Shown piece after piece: positions 11,558-20,706 of a stretch of 64,000 nt of DNA; positions within the stretch are counted from its first letter, which is position 1; each line of letters opens with the position of its first letter. The stretch covers positions 133,603-197,602 of the forward strand of contig CBDCLE010000019.1 in the NCBI GenBank assembly GCA_965218585.1, given 5' to 3'. A program made the position numbers and the translations under genes. The stretch comes from Terriglobia bacterium. GTDB lineage: Bacteria; Acidobacteriota; Terriglobia; 20CM-2-55-15. The notes under the pieces are model-generated. The model was not told the origin of the DNA, made no database searches, and saw nothing but the letters and a program-made list of their open reading frames with translations.

Positions 11558-11639
11558 ATCCAGTCAAACAGGAGTCCACAAGAGAGGCCGCAACTCCGAG
11601 AAGGCGAAACGGCTTTCTGATAGCGAATCCCCCGCTTTG

Positions 11640-12149
11640 CTATAATCGTGGGCCGGCGCTGGGTGGCGGCGCAAAGACGCTTATCGTTGACGTATCCTGA
11701 ACGGCCTCAAGGAGTTGGCGTACTGTCTGCTTTCGAGCCGGGTCCATCTGTTCCGGTGCGATTTCAGACAGTGGCTCCAGAACGAATCGACGCTCGGCGT
11801 ATCGTGGATGTGGAATCGTGAGGTGCGGATTCCCGATGATGCGATCCTCGAAAAGAATAATGTCGATGTCGAGCGTTCGGGGTCCATTGGGCAGGTCCCG
11901 GCGACGCTGGGCCGAGCTTTCAACCTCGAGGCAGATTTGCATCAGCTCTTCGGGTTCGAACTCGGTTTCAGCTTCAACCGCTGTGTTGAGAAACCAGGGC
12001 TGAGCGAGAATCTCCATGGGCTGAGTCGAGTAAATCGAGGCGGTTCGAAGGACACGGACGCCGTGGGCTTCAAGGCCGGACAGGCCGGACCTTAAATTTT
12101 CCATGCGATCACCGAGATTGGAACCCAAGGCCAGATAACATCGATCCAT
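11640..12149 (-). CDS. folK: 2-amino-4-hydroxy-6-hydroxymethyldihydropteridine diphosphokinase
   Basis: YLALGSNLGDR, FLNTAVE, GPRTLDIDII, IPHPRYAERRFVL. Confidence 0.95.
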   Translation of the reverse strand: MDRCYLALGSNLGDRMENLRSGLSGLEAHGVRVLRTASIYSTQPMEILAQPWFLNTAVEAETEFEPEELMQICLEVESSAQRRRDLPNGPRTLDIDIILFEDRIIGNPHLTIPHPRYAERRFVLEPLSEIAPEQMDPARKQTVRQLLEAVQDTSTISVFAPPPSAGPRL

Positions 12150-12978
12150 GAAACCATTAGAACATGCCGGCCGATTCAGCCTGACACTGGCCCTGGCTAC
12201 CGTCCTTATGGGATGCCAGGGGGACCCACCGACGCTATCCCAACCGACTTCAGGAGTTCTGGAAGGACTGTCTGATGGCTGGACCGAGATCATAGACCTG
12301 ACACACCCCCTCAGTCCTTCGAACCCCCATTGGCCCGGACCGGGCTACGAACCGTTCTTCTATGAAACCTTCGCGACACTCGAAGACGATGGCGTACTCT
12401 CCGGGCGGTTCGCCGTGGCCGAGCACACGGGGACGCACCTGGATGCACCGAACCATTTTGTGGAAGGCCAGATCCCCGTCGACGAGATCCCTCTGGATCA
12501 ACTCATCGTTCCAGCCGTGGTCATCGATGTTCGCGAAGTCGTAGCCGCCAACCCGGACTACCAGCTGATACCAGAGGACGTCGCGGCCTGGGAGATGGGG
12601 AACGGAGAGATCGACGAAGACACGCTCGTTTTCCTTTACACAGGCTGGGACGAGCGGTGGAACGACTTTGAGAGTTATCAAAACGCCGACGCCGACGGCC
12701 TCATGCATTTCCCTGGCTTCTCCCCGGCGGCTGCCGAGTTTCTTGTCTCAGAACGCAACGTTTCCGGGCTGGGCATCGACACGCTCAGCGTTGACTACGG
12801 TGGCTCAGCTGATTTCGGTGTCCACCACATCAGTCATGGAAGCGCCAAATACCATATAGAAAACGCGGCGAACCTTGGGCAGCTACCTGCGACGGGAGCC
12901 TGGGTCGTCGTCGCGCCGATCAAGATCGAAGGTGGAACCGGAGGTCCTGCTCGGATCTATGCCCTTGTGGGGCAATGA
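12148..12978 (+). CDS. Cyclase-family (kynurenine formamidase-like) metallohydrolase, lipoprotein
   Basis: EHTGTHLDAPNHF motif, GIDTLSVD, GGTGGPAR; lipobox VLMGC. Confidence 0.85.
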   Translation: MKPLEHAGRFSLTLALATVLMGCQGDPPTLSQPTSGVLEGLSDGWTEIIDLTHPLSPSNPHWPGPGYEPFFYETFATLEDDGVLSGRFAVAEHTGTHLDAPNHFVEGQIPVDEIPLDQLIVPAVVIDVREVVAANPDYQLIPEDVAAWEMGNGEIDEDTLVFLYTGWDERWNDFESYQNADADGLMHFPGFSPAAAEFLVSERNVSGLGIDTLSVDYGGSADFGVHHISHGSAKYHIENAANLGQLPATGAWVVVAPIKIEGGTGGPARIYALVGQ

Positions 12979-13008
12979 CGCACATCCCATAGCTCACCGC
13001 TCAAACAC

Positions 13009-13563
13009 ATGAAGACAATCCTTACAAAGACACCTCTGGCGGACCTCGTCGTCATCGACATCGACTATTTTGAAGACGAGCGTGGGTTTTTTATCGAGTC
13101 CTGGAACCAAAGGGATTTCGCGTCTGCGGGACTGGACCTCCAGTTTGTGCAAGACAGTCACTCCCGTTCGAAGAAAGGCGTTCTGCGAGGCCTGCACTAT
13201 CAGGATATGACCGTACCCATGGGAAAACTGGTCCGGTGCACGCTGGGCACGGTATTTGACGTTGCCGTCGACCTCCGCCTGGCTTCGCCCACGTTCGGAA
13301 AATGGTTCGGCGTGGAGCTCGGTGAGGAAAATAAACGACTTATGTACGTTCCCGTCGGCTTTGCCCACGGGTTTGCGACGCTCTCCGAGGTCGCCGAGAT
13401 TCAGTACAAACAAACCGGTTTCTATGCCCCACTCGCTGAGGGCTCCCTCCGCTGGGACGATCCGGACATTGGGATCGACTGGCCGATATCCGACCCAGTC
13501 CTCTCGGCACGCGATCAGAGTGGAATGACCCTGGCCGAGTACAGACAGAATCCTGCCTTCTGA
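13009..13563 (+). CDS. rfbC: dTDP-4-dehydrorhamnose 3,5-epimerase
   Basis: DERGFFIESW, GVLRGLHYQ, DVAVDLR, VPVGFAHGF. Confidence 0.95.
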   Translation: MKTILTKTPLADLVVIDIDYFEDERGFFIESWNQRDFASAGLDLQFVQDSHSRSKKGVLRGLHYQDMTVPMGKLVRCTLGTVFDVAVDLRLASPTFGKWFGVELGEENKRLMYVPVGFAHGFATLSEVAEIQYKQTGFYAPLAEGSLRWDDPDIGIDWPISDPVLSARDQSGMTLAEYRQNPAF

Positions 13564-13813
13564 CAGTCCAGACAAGTAATCACGGCCTGGCACGACAACA
13601 CGGAGACAACCCCAACGACCCAGATCCCCTGCAGTGGGTCGGATGGTGTGACCGCACTGTTGATGAGATTCTCGGACCAATGTTCCTTACAATAAATTCA
13701 TCAATTTTTCAGTAACCGCTAGGTGCCCGGATTGCATAGACTTAGAAGTTCGACTTCTCGGCCACGGACTCTTTTACCGGTATACAACACCGTCGCCGAA
13801 ACTGGAGAAAGGT

Positions 13814-14137
13814 ATGGACCCTACAAAGTTGACCCTTGGCGGACTGTTGATCGCCGCCTTGTTCGTTGGGGCTCTTCCAGCCTTCGCCCACACTCCGATA
13901 TGCAACTGCTATGACAACGGTGATGAAACAGTGACGTGCGAGGGTGGATTCTCCGACGGGGCGTCGGCCGAAGGTGTTCCGATTCGAATCCTTGATCTCC
14001 GCGAGCGTGTCCTGATAGACGGCAAGATGGAGGCAGACAGCACCTTCTCCTTCGAGAAGCCGGACGATGAATTTCACGTTGTTTTTGATGCGGGCGACAG
14101 CCACATCGTCACGATCTACGAAGAGGACATCGAGTAA
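13814..14137 (+). CDS. Small exported protein, FpvJ-like
   Basis: Signal peptide, then HTPICNC...CEGGFSDG...VVFDAGDSH; resembles Pseudomonas FpvJ (recalled similarity); operon context. Confidence 0.65.
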   Translation: MDPTKLTLGGLLIAALFVGALPAFAHTPICNCYDNGDETVTCEGGFSDGASAEGVPIRILDLRERVLIDGKMEADSTFSFEKPDDEFHVVFDAGDSHIVTIYEEDIE

Positions 14138-14959
14138 TTGAAATCGACTACGGCTATTCTCGTTCTGTCGTTCTTGCTTGTAATGCCGGCCCAGGGGCAC
14201 TTCCAGTTGCTCTACACCGAAGAGGCTGCGCTGAACGGCGGACAGGCAACCGACCTGCTGATGCTGTTCACCCATCCCGCCCACGGCGGCCCCAATATGG
14301 ATATGGGCATGCCGGAAGCCTTTTACGTCGTCAGTCAACGTGGCGAAGAAGCCGCGCCCGTGACTACGGACCTGACCGAGTATCTGGAACCCATCGTCTG
14401 GAACAGCGAACAGGGGGAGAACCAGGCCTATCGGGCCAGCATGCCACGCGCCGTCACCCGTTCACTGGGAGATTATGTATTCGTCCTCGAGCCGGCGCCT
14501 TACTACGAAGGCGGTGAGGACAAGTACATTCAGCAGTTCACAAAGATGATGATGAATATCGGTGGCGTACCCGGCAACTGGGCAGAACCCGTCGGTCTAC
14601 CCACAGAGATATTGCCGCTGGACAAACCCTACGCGAACTGGACGGGCGGAGTATTTCGTGGAATCGTATTGTCGGAAGGACGTCCGGTACCTAACGCCGA
14701 ACTCGAAGTCGAATACATTAATCATGCGCCCGATCTGGAAGGGCACAGTTTCGCGGCCGAACCGGATGTTGTCTTGCCCCAGGGATCATTCGGCACGATG
14801 TCGATTCGCACTAATGCCCTGGGGGAGTTTACAATCGGTTTACCAAGGGCAGGATGGTGGGGTATCTGTGCGCTGGCAGTCGGCCCGGATACCGAACACG
14901 AAGGCAAGACTTTGTCGCAGGATGCCGTCCTCTGGGTAAACGTCAAGGATATGCAATGA
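14138..14959 (+). CDS. DUF4198 metal-uptake-associated periplasmic protein
   Basis: Mature N-terminus HFQLLY, FTHP, EILPLDKPY, GWWG motifs. Confidence 0.75.
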   Translation: MKSTTAILVLSFLLVMPAQGHFQLLYTEEAALNGGQATDLLMLFTHPAHGGPNMDMGMPEAFYVVSQRGEEAAPVTTDLTEYLEPIVWNSEQGENQAYRASMPRAVTRSLGDYVFVLEPAPYYEGGEDKYIQQFTKMMMNIGGVPGNWAEPVGLPTEILPLDKPYANWTGGVFRGIVLSEGRPVPNAELEVEYINHAPDLEGHSFAAEPDVVLPQGSFGTMSIRTNALGEFTIGLPRAGWWGICALAVGPDTEHEGKTLSQDAVLWVNVKDMQ

Positions 14960-15594
14960 ATAAGAAAACCGAAATCATCAGACCCTCCAGCAGCCGGGCC
15001 GAAACCGGGCTAATCTGCGGCGCCGTTGCTTTAATCCTGTTAGCAAGCGGGGTCGGAGTCAGTCAGCGGCAGTTCGTGGACTACTTCCCGCGTCTTTACG
15101 ACTGGCAGGTCAGTTCGTTCTACGATTTAGAGTCTACGGATCAGGCGGTTTACAACGCATTGTTGCCTGCATCGGACGAACTCTGGTGGATCCACGGCGA
15201 CCTGTTGTACTTCGGCACGGAGGAAGAGCAGGCCGACCCCTGGCCTACTGTAGAAGAACTGAATGAATATCTGATGCCCCCGTTTGCCAAAGACGCCGCC
15301 TGGTCCCAGCAGGGGGAAGTGAACTGGCAGCGTGTCGCTTCGTTCTCTTTCGAAGGATCCACCGTATATTTTGGGTCGGGAGGCAAGATCCCCGGTCAGA
15401 GCGCATATCTGGTCATGCTCTCCCACGTGCACAAGGGAGCGAGCTATACCAATGGCGCGACGATCTGGCTCCATTCGGATCCTGACGTTCCCACACCCGA
15501 AACGGTCACGCGAGATTCATTGATTGTCAACGGCTGGAAAGAAGTGGTGCCCTACAACGGCGCCATGGAAGTGGACCGCCTCCAAGGAGAATGA
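14956..15594 (+). CDS. Single-TM protein, FpvK/DUF6162-like
   Basis: IIRPSSSRAET followed by a TM helix; DQAVYNAL..DE, PPF, GWK motifs; sits directly before the SBP gene. Confidence 0.6.
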   Translation: MNKKTEIIRPSSSRAETGLICGAVALILLASGVGVSQRQFVDYFPRLYDWQVSSFYDLESTDQAVYNALLPASDELWWIHGDLLYFGTEEEQADPWPTVEELNEYLMPPFAKDAAWSQQGEVNWQRVASFSFEGSTVYFGSGGKIPGQSAYLVMLSHVHKGASYTNGATIWLHSDPDVPTPETVTRDSLIVNGWKEVVPYNGAMEVDRLQGE

Positions 15595-15595
15595 G

Positions 15596-16516
15596 ATGCC
15601 GAGTCTGAGGGTAACTATTGTTCGAGCTACGCTCGCATTACTGATGACTGCGGTGGCGGGGCCCGGGACTGGGCAGGCCCAGGGACTGCAGATAGGTGTC
15701 ACGCTGCATCCCTATTACAGCTTCGCCGCAAACGTGGTCGGCGATCGCGCCCAGGTCGTGCCGTTGATCGAATCCGGAAGCAACCCGCACAACTACACGC
15801 CTCGAGCGGACGATATGAGGCGTGTGCTCGAGATGGACGTCTTGATCGTCAATGGAATCGGTCACGACGAGTGGGCATTCGAAATCATAGAAGCAGCCGG
15901 GGTCGACGAAACCCTGCCCTTGATTTACGCAAACGATGACGTCGCACTGATTCCCATCGCCGCCGATGACGGTGAGGCCAAGGTTGTCAACCCCCACACG
16001 TTTGTCTCGACGACGGCCGCCACTCAGCAGATCTATACGATTGCCAGAGAACTCGGCGATCTCGACCCGGACAATGCGGACTACTATCGCGACAATGCGC
16101 GTGCATACGCGCTCGAAATCAGGCGGTTAAAGGCCGAATTCATGGGCGAACTCGTCGATCTGGACGCGTCGACCTTTCGTTCGGCCACAATGCACGGAGC
16201 TTACGGCTATCTGATGCAGGAATTCGGCTTGCAGGTGACTGCAGTGATCGAACCGCGGCACGGGGTCGAGCCGACGGCGCGCCAGTTGGCGGATACGATC
16301 GATAAGATCCAGGCAGCCGATGTGAACGTGCTCTTCGCAGAGAAGTTCTTCGCGAGCGCGCTGTCGGAAACGATCCAGGAAGCCACCGGCGTCGAGATGT
16401 ACTCATTCTCGCATATGTCCGACGGTGTCTATACGCCGGAACTCTTCGAAGAGGAAACCCGGTCCAACCTGGAAACTCTGCTAGCGGCCATGAAATCGGT
16501 TGCCAAAGGCAACTGA
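15596..16516 (+). CDS. Cluster A-I metal ABC substrate-binding protein (FpvC-like)
   Basis: IGVTLHPYYS, NPHNYTP, NPHTF, HGAYGYL. Confidence 0.88.
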   Translation: MPSLRVTIVRATLALLMTAVAGPGTGQAQGLQIGVTLHPYYSFAANVVGDRAQVVPLIESGSNPHNYTPRADDMRRVLEMDVLIVNGIGHDEWAFEIIEAAGVDETLPLIYANDDVALIPIAADDGEAKVVNPHTFVSTTAATQQIYTIARELGDLDPDNADYYRDNARAYALEIRRLKAEFMGELVDLDASTFRSATMHGAYGYLMQEFGLQVTAVIEPRHGVEPTARQLADTIDKIQAADVNVLFAEKFFASALSETIQEATGVEMYSFSHMSDGVYTPELFEEETRSNLETLLAAMKSVAKGN

Positions 16517-16522
16517 CGGCGC

Positions 16523-17233
16523 ATGCGTGGTCCTCAGATCAGTTTTGAACAGGTCGGTCTGTACCTCTCCGGGAACGAAATACTTCGAGACATAAACCTT
16601 ATTGTTGAAGCTGGCACGATCCATTCCGTGATCGGACCGAACGGCGGAGGAAAGACATCGCTGATTCGGTGTCTTCTCGGGCAGATGCCGCATACCGGAA
16701 CAATATCGGCGGCCTGGAACGAGGACAGGACGACCGGCTATATCCCTCAGATTCTCGATTTCGACAAGACCCTCCCCGTCACCGTGACTGATTTCATGGC
16801 GATGATCTGCCAACAGCATCGACCCGCCTTCACCGGCCTTGGGCGCCGCCATCGCGCCCGTGCCGCCGCCGCCCTGGATCGCGTAGGCTTGAGCGGCAAG
16901 GGCAAATCCAGGCTCGGCAGTCTTTCAGGTGGCGAACGTCAGAGGGTGCTGTTTGCTCAGGCTCTGATTCCTGAACCTTCGCTGCTCGTACTCGACGAAC
17001 CGATGACGAGCATGGACGAGATCGGCTCGGAAGTCTTCGTCAAAGTAATCAAGGAGCTCAGGGACCAGGGAGTCACGATCGTGTGGATCGCACACGATCT
17101 TTCCCAGGTGAGGGCCACCGCCGATACAGTGACCTGCGTGAACCGGACGATATTGTTCAGCGGGCCGCCGGCGGAAGTGTTGGCCGATCGGAATGCCGAT
17201 GCCTTGTTCGGGAAGGTAGGAAGTCTGGCGTGA
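16523..17233 (+). CDS. Metal ABC transporter ATPase (FpvD-like)
   Basis: GPNGGGKT, LSGGERQRV, LVLDEP. Confidence 0.92.
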   Translation: MRGPQISFEQVGLYLSGNEILRDINLIVEAGTIHSVIGPNGGGKTSLIRCLLGQMPHTGTISAAWNEDRTTGYIPQILDFDKTLPVTVTDFMAMICQQHRPAFTGLGRRHRARAAAALDRVGLSGKGKSRLGSLSGGERQRVLFAQALIPEPSLLVLDEPMTSMDEIGSEVFVKVIKELRDQGVTIVWIAHDLSQVRATADTVTCVNRTILFSGPPAEVLADRNADALFGKVGSLA

Positions 17234-18135
17234 CCGAATTCTACGAGTACATACGAGTGACGCTGCAGGATCTGGCCTTCGCGGGCACCCTTCCGCTGGC
17301 CTTTCAATACGAGTTCGTAATCAATGCACTGATGTGTGCGGTGCTGATCGGACCGCTCCTCGGAGCCGTCGGTACGATGGTTGTGACCAAGCGAATGGCG
17401 TTTTTTTCCCAGGCCGTCGGCAACGCTGCAATGACCGGGGTCGCGATCGGCGTATTGCTCGGCGAGTCCTACACGGAACCGTATATTTCGATGTTCGCCT
17501 TCTGCATCCTGTTCGGACTGGTGCTGAACTACACAAAGGGAAGAACGAACATTTCAGCGGATGCGTTGATCGGCGTGTTCCTGTCGATTTCTCTGGCGAT
17601 CGGTGCTTCCCTGCTGCTGTTCGTCTCCGCAAGGGTTAACACCCACATTCTCGAGGCTGTCCTGTTCGGTTCGGTGCTGACCGTGAGCGATACCGACATG
17701 AACGTATTGCTGGTTGTCACGATCGTCGTACTGGGCGTTGGCATACCGCTGTTCAACCACATGCTGCTGGGTAGCCTTAACCCGAGCCTGGCGAGTGTGC
17801 GCGGAGTTCGAGTCCAGCTGTTGGAATATGTATTTGTTCTTATGATCACGATCCTTACCGTCGCGTGTCTGAAGATCGTAGGCGCCGTGCTCGTTGAAGC
17901 GCTCTTGCTGATCCCGGCAGCGGCAGCGCGAAACCTCATCACATCGATGAAGGGTTTCGTCTTCTGGAGCATGGTCATTTCGACCCTGAGCTGCATCGCA
18001 GGCATCATGATACCCATGCAGTATGATCTTCCACTACCGTCGGGCGGCGCGATTATCATGGTTGCGGCAAGCATCTTTTTCCTGACGACTCTGATCCGGA
18101 TGACGCTGGGCCGATTTCGCGAGGCGCAAGTGTGA
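17230..18135 (+). CDS. Metal ABC transporter permease (FpvE-like)
   Basis: ABC-3 type permease: VVTKRMAFFSQAVGNAA, VGAVLVEALLLIPAAAARN; GTG start overlapping the ATPase stop. Confidence 0.88.
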   Translation: MTEFYEYIRVTLQDLAFAGTLPLAFQYEFVINALMCAVLIGPLLGAVGTMVVTKRMAFFSQAVGNAAMTGVAIGVLLGESYTEPYISMFAFCILFGLVLNYTKGRTNISADALIGVFLSISLAIGASLLLFVSARVNTHILEAVLFGSVLTVSDTDMNVLLVVTIVVLGVGIPLFNHMLLGSLNPSLASVRGVRVQLLEYVFVLMITILTVACLKIVGAVLVEALLLIPAAAARNLITSMKGFVFWSMVISTLSCIAGIMIPMQYDLPLPSGGAIIMVAASIFFLTTLIRMTLGRFREAQV

Positions 18136-19115
18136 TGAAGACCTGGAAACGTTATCTGGCGACCTTGGTTCTCGCCTTGGGGATGGGACAGTCCTCACCG
18201 GCACAGGACACCGCCGGGGTCCAGAACAGCGACATCCAAGTCCTGACCGCCATGCCGGTAACCTATTCGATCAGTTCAGCACTGGCCCGGGATACGTCGA
18301 TCACCGTAGGAAATCTTCCCGCCCGGCCCCGGCCCATGAGTGCCCTGGGCGCCTATTTCACTTCACGCGGGGAGCAGCTCGCCGAGCAGTTCCAAACCAC
18401 TCAGGCGGTGGTCACGATTGGCAAGCTCTGGCCTGATGATCCGCTGTTCACAGCCGTAAGGGCCGGGAATATTCGCGTCGTGGACATCGACGCGAGCAAA
18501 CCCTGGTCGACCACGCTGGAAGGAATTTCCGTAGCGTTCGAGCCGCGTGAAGACGTCCCATGGACCGAGGCCGAGCAGAGGGACCGGAACCCTTCAGTAT
18601 ATTTCTGGTTGAGCCTGGCCAACGGCGTGCGGGCCGCAGAAATCATCGCCACAGACTTCATGCGTCTGTCTCCAGAAGACAGCGTGCAGATCAAACGCAA
18701 CCTGGATAACTACCGCCGGCAACTGCTCGACCTCAAGAGAGAATACGAGGTCAAATTCGCCACGCTCCTGGACATCACCGTGTTCGCATTGACACCCGAG
18801 TTCGTCTACCTGACGTCTGACATGAGTCTTTATGTCGATGGGAATTTCTTTAGGCAGGACATCAATTGGACCGAACAGGACCTCGGGAACTTCGAGTCGT
18901 ACTTGACAGACAACGAAATTCAGGTCGCGATCCACAAATGGGAACCGGCCGACCCGATCCAGGCCGCTATCGATAACGCCCGAGCACAGCTCGTCGTTCT
19001 GGATATGATCGATCTGGGTATTGTTGAAGAAGGACAACTCAGGGAAGACAGCTACATCGAACTGATGAGAGCTAATCTCGAATCTCTTTATACCGCCCTC
19101 AGCGCAGCGAATTAA
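18132..19115 (+). CDS. Second substrate-binding protein (FpvF-like)
   Basis: Signal peptide; WPDDPLF..RAGNIRVVDIDA; lacks the His ligands of the first SBP. Confidence 0.75.
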   Translation: MMKTWKRYLATLVLALGMGQSSPAQDTAGVQNSDIQVLTAMPVTYSISSALARDTSITVGNLPARPRPMSALGAYFTSRGEQLAEQFQTTQAVVTIGKLWPDDPLFTAVRAGNIRVVDIDASKPWSTTLEGISVAFEPREDVPWTEAEQRDRNPSVYFWLSLANGVRAAEIIATDFMRLSPEDSVQIKRNLDNYRRQLLDLKREYEVKFATLLDITVFALTPEFVYLTSDMSLYVDGNFFRQDINWTEQDLGNFESYLTDNEIQVAIHKWEPADPIQAAIDNARAQLVVLDMIDLGIVEEGQLREDSYIELMRANLESLYTALSAAN

Positions 19116-19143
19116 CCGCTGCCAGCCACAGATAATCCCCGAC

Positions 19144-20154
19144 CTACTGCAAGCGACGGTAAGCCGCAACAGCCCGGTTATGTTCAGCAATCGTTGCCGA
19201 AAAGGTGTGTCGACCACCCTCGGTCCGAACGAAGAAAATGAAATCGGTTTCGGCCGGCTCGAGGGCCGCCAGCATCGACAGGTATCCCGGGTTGGCGATC
19301 GGACCAGGTGGAAGGTCTCCATAGACGTACGTATTGTAGGGAGAGTCATAGGCAAGGTCTTCCCGCAGGAGACGGCCCTGGTAATTGCCGTCCAGGATCA
19401 TCCCATACACAACGGTCGGGTCGCATTCCAACCGCATCCCTCGGTCCAGACGATTCATGAAGACCGAAGATACCAGAACCCGTTCGTCAGCTACGGCGGC
19501 TTCGCTCTCTATCATTGAAGCCATGATCAGCATCCTGTTCAGATCCAGAGGCCACAGATCAGGGTCAACCTGGTCTTCAAGCCGTGCGATCGCGTCAGAA
19601 AGCCCGTCTATCATCGCCCGAACCGCGTCTTCGGCCCCTGCCGCACGTGGGAAGGAATAGGTTTCAGGAAACAGATAACCTTCTACTGAGACGGCCGCTG
19701 GATCGATTGCCCTGATGGCGGGCAACGCCGCTTCGGCTGCTTCCAGAAACCCTGCACGATCCCCGAAACCTGACTCTTCCCATCGGTCGGCGATCTCGTC
19801 GACCCTCAGGCCTTCCGGCACTGTGAACGTATAGAGCCGGACATCTCCGCGCACAAGCTTTTCGAACACACCGGGAGTGGAAAGGGATTCATCAAACAGG
19901 TACTCGCCAGCCTGGAGCCGTCCACGGTAATCGCTGACGTAAAGATAGGCGAGGGAAGGATAGCGATACCGAACGACGCCCCGGGCGATCAGAAGATCGA
20001 CGATTTCGACCGAACCCAGGCCGGAGGGAATGTCGACAATGGTTTCGCCTGAGTACCCCTGGTACGGTTCATGTACCAGATACCAGGCGTAGCCGACGGC
20101 ACCTGCTCCCAGGACAACCAGCCCGAGGCCCACCCATGCCAACTTCTTCTTCAT
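19144..20154 (-). CDS. mltG: Endolytic transglycosylase
   Basis: N-terminal TM, LQAGEY, TVPEG, EGYLFPETY, ASMIESE, DSPYNTY, GPIANPG. Confidence 0.93.
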   Translation of the reverse strand: MKKKLAWVGLGLVVLGAGAVGYAWYLVHEPYQGYSGETIVDIPSGLGSVEIVDLLIARGVVRYRYPSLAYLYVSDYRGRLQAGEYLFDESLSTPGVFEKLVRGDVRLYTFTVPEGLRVDEIADRWEESGFGDRAGFLEAAEAALPAIRAIDPAAVSVEGYLFPETYSFPRAAGAEDAVRAMIDGLSDAIARLEDQVDPDLWPLDLNRMLIMASMIESEAAVADERVLVSSVFMNRLDRGMRLECDPTVVYGMILDGNYQGRLLREDLAYDSPYNTYVYGDLPPGPIANPGYLSMLAALEPAETDFIFFVRTEGGRHTFSATIAEHNRAVAAYRRLQ

Positions 20155-20552
20155 ACCCGCTGCCTCAGGTACTCTTCCAATATCAAAGTCGCGGCCAGCT
20201 CGTCCACGTGACGGCGCCGTTTTCTCCAATCCAGGCCCATTTCCTCGAGTTGCTGCTCGGCGTCGAAGCTTGTCAGCCGCTCGTCCCACAAGACCACGGG
20301 TACAGCAAGCGCCGTCTTGAGGCGTTCGGCAAAGGCTTCCGTCTTTTCGGTCTGGAGCGTCCGGGCTCCGTCCATATGCCTCGGATGGCCGACGACGACC
20401 TCATCGACACCATCCTCCTCGACCAAAGCGCGGATGTGTTCCACATCCGCAGACACGCTGGTCCGTCCATGAGTCGGACGGCCCTGGACGGTCACTCCCA
20501 AACTGTCGGTCACGGCAATCCCGATCCGCTTGTCGCCAACGTCCAAAGCCAT
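20151..20552 (-). CDS. ruvX: YqgF/RuvX nuclease
   Basis: MALDVGDKRIGIA, VVGHP, WDERLTS, VDELAA. Confidence 0.93.
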   Translation of the reverse strand: MALDVGDKRIGIAVTDSLGVTVQGRPTHGRTSVSADVEHIRALVEEDGVDEVVVGHPRHMDGARTLQTEKTEAFAERLKTALAVPVVLWDERLTSFDAEQQLEEMGLDWRKRRRHVDELAATLILEEYLRQRV

Positions 20553-20646
20553 GGTTCTTAAGGGAGTGTCGGATTTCACGTCCTCATGATACCCCAGCCG
20601 GGGACCACTTGATTCCGTACCTGAATGGGTGGCTACCGTTCCCAAT

Positions 20647-20674
20647 TTGTGAAGTATTCGTCCCTTGCTATACT
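20647..20674 (+). promoter_or_regulatory. Putative sigma70 promoter of the S41 gene
   Basis: TTGTGA-16 nt-TATACT with an extended-10 TG, 32 nt upstream of the start. Confidence 0.55.
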
Positions 20675-20706
20675 AATGTCGTTCCATCTTCCACCGGAGG
20701 TCAGGT

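Larger units (their letters stand above)
10750..11620 (+). repeat. 27-bp direct repeat (10750-10776 and 11594-11620) bracketing the TA module; duplicates the MFS gene 3' end
   Basis: CTCCGGGAAGGAGAAACGGCTTTCTGA vs CTCCGAGAAGGCGAAACGGCTTTCTGA, 2 mismatches. Confidence 0.85.

Noticed and set aside
13659-13677. Fur box upstream of the metal ABC operon
   Set aside because: Only about 10/19 match to the E. coli consensus; not distinguishable from chance
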